From an uncultured virus (IMG/VR IMGVR_UViG_3300044715_001089) (taxonomy: Duplodnaviria > Heunggongvirae > Uroviricota > Caudoviricetes): DNA of 64,000 nucleotides. Shown here piece after piece: positions 31,049 through 41,684 of the stretch; position 1 is the first letter of the stretch; every line of letters starts with the position of its first letter. The DNA is taken from IMG/VR virus record IMGVR_UViG_3300044715_001089. The stretch is one strand, 5' to 3'. The notes beneath the pieces are model-generated. The model saw only the letters and a program-made list of their open reading frames with translations, was not told the DNA's origin and did no database searches. Both the position numbers and the translations under genes were made by a program.

Positions 31049-33694
31049 GTGTTAAACTATCTTCCAAATACAATAACAACATTTGCAACAAAGTCTAGGC
31101 AGACTATAGGTTCTTTAATAAAGAACGTAAAAGCAGATAAGGCTCAATTTTCAGAACTAGTGAGAACTGTTTCAAACTTTCAGGGTGGAGCAGACTATGC
31201 TCCTGTTGCGATTAGACCTCTGAGTACTATTAGCGCTGAGAATCTAGTAGATTTGTTTAGGGATTTAGATCTCAGGTTTAGTAGATACTTTCAAGCAAGT
31301 AATGGCATTAGCATATTGGCTAACTCATTAACCGATACTATGTTGGCTAGAATAGCAAAACTAGAACAAGATATAGGTTATCTAGAAAATTTTATAAATA
31401 ACTATAATTTTATCTCAGGAAAAGACGACCTATTTAATTTTTCTTATATAGAAAATTTTGACAATATGCTTGGATCAAATGAGTATGATTCAGTAGTAGT
31501 CCCATATGTAGACAGGGATGGAACAACTTTACCAAGTAATATCTCAGGTGGCGGTCAAGTAGATCAATCTAGTTGCATATTTAAAATAGGTGATTCAATT
31601 CAGTATATAAATGCAGTTGGGCTAATTAAGTCTACTAGTATAAAGACAAATTATGCACAGTATGCATCTTCTTCATCCGACCCGGAAAAATTATTTGATG
31701 CGCAACATTCTAAGGTATGGAGTGTCTCTGTTAAGTCTCCAGTTATACTAACTTCTCTTCCTATGGATATTGAAAAATATATATCCTATGACTACTCTTC
31801 TTTATTGGGCGCAAAAACTATAGTAGAATTTGAATTAAATAAGAATACAGAAATGGATTCAATTAAAATATCACCTAATTTGTCAGATGGATTATCCTTA
31901 ATGCAGGTTGCTATAGAGTCTTCAGTTTTGAGCGCCGATCAACAGTCATCCAATTCCTCAGTTCCTGGTTCTGGATTTACTTTGAAAAAATTATTAAACA
32001 ATCCTATTAGTTTGTCTTCAAATGTCGATATACCATTTCCTTTGTCTAAGGTAAAAAAGGTAATTTTAATATTTAATCAAGACACCTACACTAGAAGTGA
32101 ACAAGTTGCTTCCAGTAATGAGGCTACAGCTAGGGCGCTGCATGAAGTCATTATGCAGAATAGAAAGATCAAGAGCAAAGACCACAATGTTTTTCAAGAT
32201 CTAGTTCTAAGTTTTTTTAGAAAAAATACTTCAATTGATGAAGCTAAAAGAAATCAATATTTATATAGTGAATATTATACGTATAAATATCCAATACAAT
32301 CTTCGATAAAGGAAGGTACTGTTTACTCTAGCATTAGGGACACTAACATATCAAAGGAAGAGATAGACGTCAGTAATGGCATGAGAAATACAACTATCCT
32401 TTCAAGGATGGCCGAATCAGTAGTGCTTCATTTTCTCGGACCAAGATTTAACTTAATAAATAATACGATGTTTATTGATTCTAGATCAGCGCCTACTCAT
32501 GGAATGATTTCTTCTATGAATAATTCTGGATTTTTACCACAGTCAAATGCAAACTCAAGAGACTCGTTGTTATCCGGAAGCTCAGACGCCATTATCCCTG
32601 GTCTTAATTTTGAAAATAACGGAGCAATTCTTGGATCTCAAGACCAAGTTAATTCTTATCAGTATAATTTTTCTATAAAGTCAATACAATTTTGTAAAAC
32701 AATATTTTCTTCATTACAAGATGCTGACTATAACAATAAAGCAATATTTATTAGTAAAAAAATTCCAGTTAATGGAAAAATATTGGCATTAAAAGCAAAG
32801 GTTAATGTAGATAAAAATCTAGATATAATTAACAATAATCTTAAAGACTTAAAAAGCGCAAATTCATATGAGTTATCTTTTTCTGTTAAAGAAAATCCAA
32901 TTCAAGAAAATGACTGGATACCAATAATACCCTATGATGCAGATAAAATATCTTCGGAAGTACTATTTGTTAACAAGACAAGCAAAACTGCCGTATTGAG
33001 ATTTCATCCTAAGTCAATCTCTTTACGAGTGTATGAAAATGGAATTTTATTAAACCCTAATCAGTATTCTGTGAACGTGTCTAATTCTTCTATATTTATA
33101 CCTAATTTTAATGAAAATAATATCTACGTTTCTGAATATGATTTCGATGATAGTAATTATTCTCAAAACTACATAGATATATCATTACTATATTCAGATA
33201 CTCCAATATCAACTATGTCTTCAGGTGTATCTCAAGGTCAGTATTTTGTAAAAACAGACTCCAATAATTCTGTTACAATAGATCAATTACCATATATAGA
33301 TTACGATCAGTACTCAACTGCATCGTACACCTCCGGAATGGGCACTATAAATTCTTTAAACAATAATTCGTACAGCCCTATAAAGGTAAAGTTATCTGAT
33401 GGATCGTATGCTGTAAACTTGACAAATTATGTAAAAGGAAACTTTGAAAAAACTTCATTTTACGAAACAAGTGAAGTATTGTTTTATCAAAATGGAAAAA
33501 ATATTATTTTTAATAAACAAATTCTTCAACCTTTTAATGTTATATATAATTATATTAACAATAAAATAAGATTTAAATTGATAATTAGAAATAATTATAA
33601 TAACTTATCTTCACCTGGATCAGTAGATAATGTTATTGTAAAAATGAAATTAAATAACTTAGATTCATTTTCTGAAAAAATGTTAGGATTATAA
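31049..33694 (+). CDS. putative virion structural protein
   Basis: 881 aa, GTG start, N-terminal coiled coil followed by beta-rich domains. Confidence 0.65.
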   Translation: MLNYLPNTITTFATKSRQTIGSLIKNVKADKAQFSELVRTVSNFQGGADYAPVAIRPLSTISAENLVDLFRDLDLRFSRYFQASNGISILANSLTDTMLARIAKLEQDIGYLENFINNYNFISGKDDLFNFSYIENFDNMLGSNEYDSVVVPYVDRDGTTLPSNISGGGQVDQSSCIFKIGDSIQYINAVGLIKSTSIKTNYAQYASSSSDPEKLFDAQHSKVWSVSVKSPVILTSLPMDIEKYISYDYSSLLGAKTIVEFELNKNTEMDSIKISPNLSDGLSLMQVAIESSVLSADQQSSNSSVPGSGFTLKKLLNNPISLSSNVDIPFPLSKVKKVILIFNQDTYTRSEQVASSNEATARALHEVIMQNRKIKSKDHNVFQDLVLSFFRKNTSIDEAKRNQYLYSEYYTYKYPIQSSIKEGTVYSSIRDTNISKEEIDVSNGMRNTTILSRMAESVVLHFLGPRFNLINNTMFIDSRSAPTHGMISSMNNSGFLPQSNANSRDSLLSGSSDAIIPGLNFENNGAILGSQDQVNSYQYNFSIKSIQFCKTIFSSLQDADYNNKAIFISKKIPVNGKILALKAKVNVDKNLDIINNNLKDLKSANSYELSFSVKENPIQENDWIPIIPYDADKISSEVLFVNKTSKTAVLRFHPKSISLRVYENGILLNPNQYSVNVSNSSIFIPNFNENNIYVSEYDFDDSNYSQNYIDISLLYSDTPISTMSSGVSQGQYFVKTDSNNSVTIDQLPYIDYDQYSTASYTSGMGTINSLNNNSYSPIKVKLSDGSYAVNLTNYVKGNFEKTSFYETSEVLFYQNGKNIIFNKQILQPFNVIYNYINNKIRFKLIIRNNYNNLSSPGSVDNVIVKMKLNNLDSFSEKMLGL

Positions 33695-33695
33695 T

Positions 33696-35922
33696 ATGGC
33701 TCAATTATCTTTTAATACGGTATTCTATGATCAATTGGTTAAGAATATTCAGTCTTTTTTGTCTAAGTATGACAAAAATGAATTTTCTACATATCAAGAA
33801 ATGTCAGAACAGTACAATAAGCTTATATCAGATATCGATAGATATTCTGGATTGCAGATATCTAAATATGACCCATATATAAAGCGGAGAACCATCTGTA
33901 TCTTCTAAGTTTAACGAATTCGTAAATAGTGTAGCCTCAGACCTAAATATAATAGCTAAGCAGCTTGACTATCAGAGTGCGCAGATTGTAAGCACCTATA
34001 ATCTTTTTAATACAGAAATAGATAAGGAAATAAGTTTTACTAATAGAATCAAGTCTAAAGTATCCATACTCCAAATGTACTCAAATAGCCCTGGTAATGA
34101 TCTCTACTATATGGGCGATTCTTTTGACAATCTAGATTTTATAGATATTAATAAAATTAAATCAAATAGAATGGCTCTTGTCAAAGACGGATCAGCAAAA
34201 CTCCCAATAATCAATACCATACCTTGGTTAGTCAGCACTATATCAATTGACCAGGAAGACTCAAATGGACTGATAGGTAACAACCATGCTGTCTTTGATA
34301 CTCAAAATGTAGATACTAATACAAAATACTATTTTGAAAAAGACCCTAGAGTTGGTCTAATAGGAAACATAATAGACGACATACCAGATACATACTTTGA
34401 GTATGAAGCTATAAATATACCAACAAGCGAAAGAGCATCACGCGGAGCTAAAGAGTTTGAATTTTTTTATTCTAAACAAACAAAAATAAATAATCAAGAT
34501 GTAACTCAGTATTCTTCTTGGGCGAATCATGGCTTAGACCAATCTTTAAATTTGACTTTAATTCTTGAATCTGAACGTTCGCAAAAAATGAATTCCTTAA
34601 CAGTAGTTCCATTTTTCGGTCAGGCAGACATGATATATCCAGAAGTAGAAATATACAAAGTAATTGCAGTAAATTCAGATACTAATGAGGTAGTAGATTT
34701 AATTTCTAGTTCAATTTTTATAGGGAATACCATTGTTCCTCAAACCATAGAATCAATGAAGAATTACAATTATGAACAATGCGTTATTGATTTTCCAGAG
34801 ATTAAAACAAAGTTTATAAAAGTTTACTTTAAACAGAAATTCTATAATAATGTAAAGGTAAAGCACTTATACTGGAAACCTTCTACTACCACTGCCATAG
34901 AGTTTAGAAATCAAAGTAGGTTTAATCCAGAAATTTTAGCATCAACTGGATATGAACAAGTTTCATACAATGTGTCTGAGCTAATACCTGGAATTAAAAC
35001 ACCCAATCAGTTTAAATTAAATACAAATGAATCTACAAAAATGGTTAGGGTAAGTGCGGTACTTCCTCATGAATATTTGACCAAACACGTTATCAAATAT
35101 AGCCAATATATAAATCACGCAACACCAACTCCAGGACAAGCATGGGCAACTCCAAATACATTTGATGTTTATTTTCAAGGTAAGGGTTTAAGTCAAATAA
35201 ACGGAAAACCTGTAGTAGGAAGCTATCTAAACCCTGCATTAGCTCAAGTCGACACTAGATACATACCAACACTGTCGATCGCCAATGCCGAAAGATACGA
35301 CAGCATTACATCAGCAGAAACTAAGATAACATATATAAAGAGTGGATTTGTTACAAATGCGCTACAGGCAATCAACTTTTTAAATATGGTGCCAGAAGAA
35401 GTCACGTTAGACATCAGAGATCAAAGATTTACTAAAGATGTAAATCTAGAAAAACAATACGAGCTTTACAATGCAAAGAAATGGACTATATCGATCAACT
35501 CTATTCAACCACATTACAACATATATTCAAATGTAGGTGAAATAGTTTCAAAGTCTTTTGAATTTCCATATAATCTAAAAAAATTAATGATAAGTTCAGA
35601 AACTTCAAATAAAGTTACCGGTAGCACTACAATTGGTGACATTAACAACATAAGGTATTATATATCTACTGATGATGGCAATAATTGGATTTCAATTTCT
35701 CCAATAGAGAATCCATTTTCAGGCATACCGGAAATACTGTCTTTCAACGAGAACGTAGAAGGCTCAATCCGAATACCTGGAGTATCATATTTTAACTATC
35801 CTAAAGTTCCAAGAGAAATTAGAAAAATAAGAGTAAAAATAGAATTCAATAAACCAACAAGTTCTAATATATCACCTATTTTACACTCATACAAATTATC
35901 TGCAAAGGTTGAGCAAGTATGA
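33696..35922 (+). CDS. putative virion structural protein, 741 aa when CGGA at 33885 is read as one unit
   Basis: ORF 33696-33908 joins the frame of 34075-35922 at AAG-CGGA-GAA, filling an otherwise unexplained gap. Confidence 0.75.
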
Positions 35923-38138
35923 CAATAAGTTCCATACAAAAAAAGAAATTCTTAGATACAGTTTACAAAAACTTTTTTGCTGCTGGTTATAAGCCAACAG
36001 AAAAAGATCTTCTAGATTTATTTTCTAAATATTTTTCTAATTACGAGCCAGGAAGCCCGATACCTTTAAGGCCAGAGCTATTCAGATCTACGGCATACAG
36101 TAATGTTGACTTAATGAACGAGAGAATGGCGCATTCCCTATTAAATATTGAAAATCTTTATGATTCTATTTTTGAAAATTCAGAACAAATGTTTGATGTG
36201 ATTAATGCACTAAACAATAGAATTGATAATTTAAGAAAAAGAAGAGCGGAATTAGAATCTAAAATAGATGACCATATCTACTCAAATCAAAATTCTGATG
36301 GATTCTACGCTTCTATAACTGATAACTTTTCTAATGGAAAAAATATAGACTATAATCTTTCTTCGATCTACTTAGACACTATAAATAAAAAAGTAACTTT
36401 ACCAAAATTAAACTCTGCAGTATTTGATATGCTTTCAACAAATATAGTTACTTCAAATAGTCCAAGGTATACATTATCATATAATAGGCAATTGGTAGAT
36501 TCTAATAAGCCATTTGACGATTCATCCTTCTTTGGCTCTGTATTCGACGGACTGTCCAACACAGAGTGGCATAAAGTTTTTGATTTTAATGAGATTGGAT
36601 TAGTAACCCTTAGTATAAATATACCAATATCTAATACTACTTCTGTATCAAAGATAGAAGGAAGGTTAAATACGGTTTCCCCAACGGATATATATGCTAA
36701 AATTAATTATTCAAATGGTACTAATTCTGAGGTAAAGTCTAAAAAATCCACTTTTGATTATGATACTTTTTCATTTGATTTTAAATCTGGAGCAGTTTCT
36801 TCAATAGATTTAGTTTTACTAAAAGTAGATCCAGATTATGTTGACGCAGCTTCAGCTAAAAAATATAAGTATAGATTTGGGATTAGAGATATAAATATTA
36901 GTGGACAGTATTATGATAAGTCTGGGTCATTAATAACAGAGCCAATATCATTAGCTACTTCGGATAATAAGAACTTAGTTATAGATGCCGTAACTCTAAC
37001 AGCCGAAGAAACAAATGCTGCAAATGGATCAATTACTTATTATATAGCGGAAGATAAGGGTAATGAAGTCTCTATCTTAGACTATAACTGGATACCTATA
37101 GCTAAGCCTTTTGATGTTAATAGTTCTTTTTCTTCTACTGTTAACTTAAAAGGATCTAATGTTAATACTTTAAGAATATTAGATTCTGTAACAGATGAAA
37201 GAAAAGATGTAGCTAAAATTCCTTTGGCTCTTTCTACTCAAACATCTAATATTAATGAAGAGAATCCAACTCAATCTATATATTCTGGTATCCCAATTTA
37301 TAGAATAGCAAGAATTCCTCAGTTCGATAGCCCTTATAGCCCCTATATATTAGAGGGAGTGAATTATGTTACGGGAAGTTATGTGACTTACTCTGGAAAT
37401 ATATACAATGAAGTTAATGGACTAACCACGTGGAACTCTATATTAAATGGGTTAGATAGAAGAAGGTCTTATACACTTCCTCCTTTTGAGATATCATCAA
37501 ACTCATCATTTTTTCAAGGTCCAAATTTAAGTAACGTAAGTATAATATTAGACTTTAAACTATACTGTGCAAATGATATTGTTGCATCTCATAGATTTGT
37601 TAAAGAAGATCAGACCTCCCAGGCTTGGAATGTTGGCATTTATATAAACGACACAGCGCATTCTATTCCCTCAGGCAAAGACTATGATACAATAGAGTGG
37701 AGATTACAAAAGGGAATTAACAGAATTAAAGTAACCATAGACGCTACAGGTAGCGCTAATGGTTCCATCTCCCTTATGGACACATATTCAATTCTGAACT
37801 ATGGAGTTGTTTATAGCCAGTACTACACCTATGTCGATCCATTGGAGCTAAGATTCAATAGATCCTCAACAGATAATGTCTTTACTATAGATAATGTTTT
37901 TGGTAATAAAGAGATCCTCAGCAAGAAGAACATAAAGTCAAATTCTAGAATATTCTATTTTACCAATAGTCCTACTGCAATTGGCAAAATAAGGTTAAGG
38001 GCAGATTTTTCAAGAGGAGCAAATCCTTTGGAGACACCAGTTTTGAATTCTTATAAAATTAAGTTTAAAAACTCACAAACATTTGCCGAAACAACTAGTA
38101 CATTATTGCAAAATAATGCCTCTTCAACCACAACATAA
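35919..38138 (+). CDS. putative virion structural protein
   Basis: 739 aa, ATGA overlap with the previous gene, same architecture as neighbours. Confidence 0.65.
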   Translation: MTISSIQKKKFLDTVYKNFFAAGYKPTEKDLLDLFSKYFSNYEPGSPIPLRPELFRSTAYSNVDLMNERMAHSLLNIENLYDSIFENSEQMFDVINALNNRIDNLRKRRAELESKIDDHIYSNQNSDGFYASITDNFSNGKNIDYNLSSIYLDTINKKVTLPKLNSAVFDMLSTNIVTSNSPRYTLSYNRQLVDSNKPFDDSSFFGSVFDGLSNTEWHKVFDFNEIGLVTLSINIPISNTTSVSKIEGRLNTVSPTDIYAKINYSNGTNSEVKSKKSTFDYDTFSFDFKSGAVSSIDLVLLKVDPDYVDAASAKKYKYRFGIRDINISGQYYDKSGSLITEPISLATSDNKNLVIDAVTLTAEETNAANGSITYYIAEDKGNEVSILDYNWIPIAKPFDVNSSFSSTVNLKGSNVNTLRILDSVTDERKDVAKIPLALSTQTSNINEENPTQSIYSGIPIYRIARIPQFDSPYSPYILEGVNYVTGSYVTYSGNIYNEVNGLTTWNSILNGLDRRRSYTLPPFEISSNSSFFQGPNLSNVSIILDFKLYCANDIVASHRFVKEDQTSQAWNVGIYINDTAHSIPSGKDYDTIEWRLQKGINRIKVTIDATGSANGSISLMDTYSILNYGVVYSQYYTYVDPLELRFNRSSTDNVFTIDNVFGNKEILSKKNIKSNSRIFYFTNSPTAIGKIRLRADFSRGANPLETPVLNSYKIKFKNSQTFAETTSTLLQNNASSTTT

Positions 38139-38176
38139 GTTACTATATAGAATAACAGTAATTGGGAGTTTATTTA

Positions 38177-38594
38177 ATGCCTACATCATATACAGATGGT
38201 ACTACAAATTTGAAAATAAGAGAACCTCTTTTTAAAAGGTTCAGATCTTACTATAGATCTCCTAGGAAGAGTCATCAGGAAAACCTAGCTTCAGATCAAA
38301 TATACTTAGACATCTATAGGTTATTTAACGAACTAGAAAACATTGATGTAGATATACTTAATAAGGTAAAATTAATTTTAGACAAAGAATCTGACGATAC
38401 TTTTACCTCCTTAAAACAAGACCGGATCTAGGGTTTTATCAATAAATTCTGGTTTAATCGATGATTTAACTTTTTATTCAAAATGGAAAACAGCATCGAC
38501 TTATAAGGAAATTAAAGAAGTGCAAACAATGGATTACCTGTCATCTCGCTTAGCCAAAGCTATGTACAGGGTCAACAGGTTAGAAAGACAATAG
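38177..38594 (+). CDS. putative virion protein, 138 aa when CGGA at 38423 is read as one unit
   Basis: GGGAG RBS then ATG 38177. The 0 frame stops at 38431; the +1 frame from GAC-CGGA-TCT runs to TAG 38594, 7 bp before the next ATG. Confidence 0.7.
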
Positions 38595-38601
38595 GCTCAT
38601 C

Positions 38602-39864
38602 ATGCCAGAGTATACAAACACAGAAAAAAACACGACTCAATATAATGGTCCAGTTAATAGTTCTGATTTTAATCTTAAAATAGAGCAAAACTACCAGGAC
38701 CTGGTTCAGTTGTACAATAGGTCCGGAATCCTGGATCAAAAGCTAAAGCAGGCTTTTGAAAGAGTGCTCAAAGACCACTTGTTTATGTCACAAGCCATTG
38801 GGGATATAGAGGATAGGCTAAACGCAATAGAAAGTTCCGCTTCTGGGCAGAAGAAGCTTTCTATATATAATTACTCTCAATTAGACCCAGTTTCAATGTT
38901 GAATACAGATTTTGCAATCTCTAGTTCTGATATTTTAAGCTTTGATTACATACATAATATACTCACTCTTCCAAAGATAGACGGTGCTTCGCACTCTAAG
39001 ATCAAGTTCTTTAATAGTTTTATAGGTCAAGTAGTGCCAAACTTTTTTGAGACTAAAGTTGACAATGTATTTGTAAGCGTTGATAAACCAGGTGCAGTCA
39101 TAGATACAACACCTGTCTATAACGCCGTTCTAGATAACTCTGATAAGTTCTGGAAGAGAAACATAATAGTCGATAGCGCAATGGGCCTGAATGCTCAGAC
39201 CTATTTGTACATTAAAATACCGACTTCATATGGTGGTAACGATAATAGTAATTTTGTTGCCCTTACTCCTTACCCTATTTTCGGAGTTGACATTCTTTCA
39301 ATTGAGTACACCTCTACTCAAAACCCTAGTTTAACCCCTAAAGATACCTGGGTGCCTCTTAACTTTAACAAATTATATGATGGAGTAAGTGAAGCTATTG
39401 GAAAGATTCCTCCTGGCGGTTGGTCTATATCTGGATCTGATGTAATACTTAATTCTGGTCCCGTTGGCTTTTACTTGCCACCAGTAAACATAACTGGTTT
39501 AAGAATAAATATGAGACAGAGAAACTATATTAAAGAAAATGGTAAATACGTATATACCTACGGTCTTTCAGACCTAGACATAAGGTCAGATAGCTTCATG
39601 CCATCGGGTAGAACCATTATTAAATTTACAGCACCTCAAGACACTCTTATATATGAAGTAACAGACGTTATACCTAAAATTTATAACGTACCAGAAGAAT
39701 TAATCCCAACTGCTTTCAGCTATAGAATAATTTACAAGGATTCTGGAATATACACAGAAGAGAATCCAAATGGTTCGACTTCTGTCTGGGTAGAAGTAAC
39801 TTTAAATCAGTTAGGTGACGGAACTTCACCCGTTCTTTCCGACCTAATAATTAAGTATAATTAA
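38602..39864 (+). CDS. putative virion structural protein
   Basis: 420 aa; GPVNSSDFN plus coiled-coil N-terminus shared with upstream paralogues. Confidence 0.65.
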   Translation: MPEYTNTEKNTTQYNGPVNSSDFNLKIEQNYQDLVQLYNRSGILDQKLKQAFERVLKDHLFMSQAIGDIEDRLNAIESSASGQKKLSIYNYSQLDPVSMLNTDFAISSSDILSFDYIHNILTLPKIDGASHSKIKFFNSFIGQVVPNFFETKVDNVFVSVDKPGAVIDTTPVYNAVLDNSDKFWKRNIIVDSAMGLNAQTYLYIKIPTSYGGNDNSNFVALTPYPIFGVDILSIEYTSTQNPSLTPKDTWVPLNFNKLYDGVSEAIGKIPPGGWSISGSDVILNSGPVGFYLPPVNITGLRINMRQRNYIKENGKYVYTYGLSDLDIRSDSFMPSGRTIIKFTAPQDTLIYEVTDVIPKIYNVPEELIPTAFSYRIIYKDSGIYTEENPNGSTSVWVEVTLNQLGDGTSPVLSDLIIKYN

Positions 39865-39931
39865 AGATTAAAAAAAACAAAACCTATTTTACTATATACA
39901 TACACGATGACACTCGCATAAGGAGAATGAA

Positions 39932-40567
39932 ATGGCTACATTTTACGTAGGACCAAGACCAGTTTTAAAGGGTCAAAATACAAATGAGATGGTTAATCCA
40001 TACACCTCTCTTTCAGGAAAATCCAAAGGTACCGGAACTTATTCATATTACCCACTATATGGCACAAGTCATATCTTAGATGGTGCCCCAGACAATAACC
40101 ACACGCCAGGTACTGGATACTTCCCCGGTGATGTATTCTTGTCGCAGATCTTTAACGGATCAACCCTCTATATCCATCCTCTTGCTGGGACCTTCCCTGA
40201 CGGTACTGCTACTTACGACGGTGCTAGATTCCGCCCTATGGAATATAAAGGTCTTGCGGGGGCTCAGGCCTTCCCTACAGCCTTTGGACACGTAGAGAGA
40301 GAAAACGATTACAAGGTTCGTCAGTACACATTCAAGGGTGTTGCATCAGCTCAGGCTTTCGCAAACACTGGTCACGCTGCAAGAACTGATGAACAGGGTG
40401 CACCATCTACTTTTGGTCTCTTTAGACCAGATGAATATCAGGGTGTAGCAAGTGCTAAAGTATTCCCAACAGAATTTGGACAAGCAATCCCAACCGGCTA
40501 TGATAACAACTATGGCAAAAACAAAGTTCAAGAGTGGCGTGGCGTCGCCTCTTCAAAAGCTCTCTAA
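39932..40567 (+). CDS. hypothetical protein with four internal GVASA-type repeats
   Basis: Strong AAGGAG RBS; Gly/Pro/aromatic-rich; C-terminal repeats. Confidence 0.75.
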   Translation: MATFYVGPRPVLKGQNTNEMVNPYTSLSGKSKGTGTYSYYPLYGTSHILDGAPDNNHTPGTGYFPGDVFLSQIFNGSTLYIHPLAGTFPDGTATYDGARFRPMEYKGLAGAQAFPTAFGHVERENDYKVRQYTFKGVASAQAFANTGHAARTDEQGAPSTFGLFRPDEYQGVASAKVFPTEFGQAIPTGYDNNYGKNKVQEWRGVASSKAL

Positions 40568-40832
40568 TTACTATTCTAATCCTATAGTATTAAAAAAGGG
40601 AGATGAACTTTCTGGTAATATTGCATGGGCTTTTCTTCTAGCTAGTGTCATAGCATATGATGCTTATGCAATAAAAACACAGAAGGCAGAAACCTTGACT
40701 AGAGCATTTTGGAGAAATACCGAGAAGCCATTAAAGAGTTTAATACCAATAATAATATGGACAGGATTAACTGTTCATCTGTTGTTGGAAAAAGATATTA
40801 GAAAAAAGAAGTTTAATAAAACAAGTCATTAA
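40512..40832 (+). CDS. small membrane protein (start uncertain)
   Basis: Two hydrophobic segments, IAWAFLLASVIAY and LIPIIIWTGLTVHLLL. Confidence 0.55.
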   Translation: MAKTKFKSGVASPLQKLSNYYSNPIVLKKGDELSGNIAWAFLLASVIAYDAYAIKTQKAETLTRAFWRNTEKPLKSLIPIIIWTGLTVHLLLEKDIRKKKFNKTSH

Positions 40833-40884
40833 CCCGACAAGGTAAACAACATAGCCTGTGGTATACTCTATAGGCACAACACAT

Positions 40885-40927
40885 TTGAACTCCCGTCCTA
40901 TATAGATTAGGACGGGATTCAATTTTT
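40885..40927 (+). terminator. intrinsic terminator-like hairpin at the end of the virion module
   Basis: TCCCGTCCTA / TAGGACGGGA 10-bp stem, extended by TTGAA/TTCAA, followed by TTTTT. Confidence 0.7.
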
Positions 40928-40972
40928 ATACAGCAGTTTTACATCTTTTAACAAAGATAAAGAGGATTGGAT

Positions 40973-41674
40973 ATGTCTTTACAGGAATTGACAAAGGTCA
41001 CCGAACAGGGGATATTGTCCATAGACACTGCTCAAAAATATCTCAATTTGTACATAGGTGATAGTGATTGGTCAAAGCACATAAATCAGTTGTGGTTAAA
41101 TCTTGAGAGTAAAAATAAAAACTTGGATCTTTCCAAAGAAGATATCAAAAGAATTATTGCGTGCACAATGTTGCTTCCTACTTACGAAAAGACTACAATA
41201 CCAGATCCTGTCCATTTGATTTTATTCTGGTGCACAACATGGGGCCAGCTTAAAGAAAAAGACTGGTTTTCTCTGCTTCAAGATGTGGTTAAAAAAGATA
41301 TCTTAATTCAAAACAATAGAAAAAATCTATTAGACATTGGAGTCATAGATCCAATAGACTACTCTCCTCTTACTAGACAGGCTTCAAACTGGCTGTACGC
41401 AGAAGCCGAGAATAGTGGAGCAATTACTGATTCTAATAGAAAAGAAATAACTACCAAACTGCAAAATCTAGTAAGAATATATGGTGGAGCTGTAATCTCT
41501 AATATCTTTACTAATCATAAGAACTCTTTAAATAAAATACTCAATTGGAGAAGCGGATACTTCTTCGAGAGAGAGATATATAGTGTATACTCATATGATC
41601 AAATTCTTAAGATAAAACAACTCGAATTACAAAAACTGAATCCAAAATATATAAAATTAATAAGTAGTAAATAA
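40973..41674 (+). CDS. hypothetical protein
   Basis: About 233 aa ORF with GAGG RBS. Confidence 0.7.
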   Translation: MSLQELTKVTEQGILSIDTAQKYLNLYIGDSDWSKHINQLWLNLESKNKNLDLSKEDIKRIIACTMLLPTYEKTTIPDPVHLILFWCTTWGQLKEKDWFSLLQDVVKKDILIQNNRKNLLDIGVIDPIDYSPLTRQASNWLYAEAENSGAITDSNRKEITTKLQNLVRIYGGAVISNIFTNHKNSLNKILNWRSGYFFEREIYSVYSYDQILKIKQLELQKLNPKYIKLISSK

Positions 41675-41684
41675 CAGGAGAAAA

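Noticed and set aside
40833..40966. Cobalamin riboswitch upstream of the nrdJ operon
   Set aside because: Region is short and no B12-box was recognised
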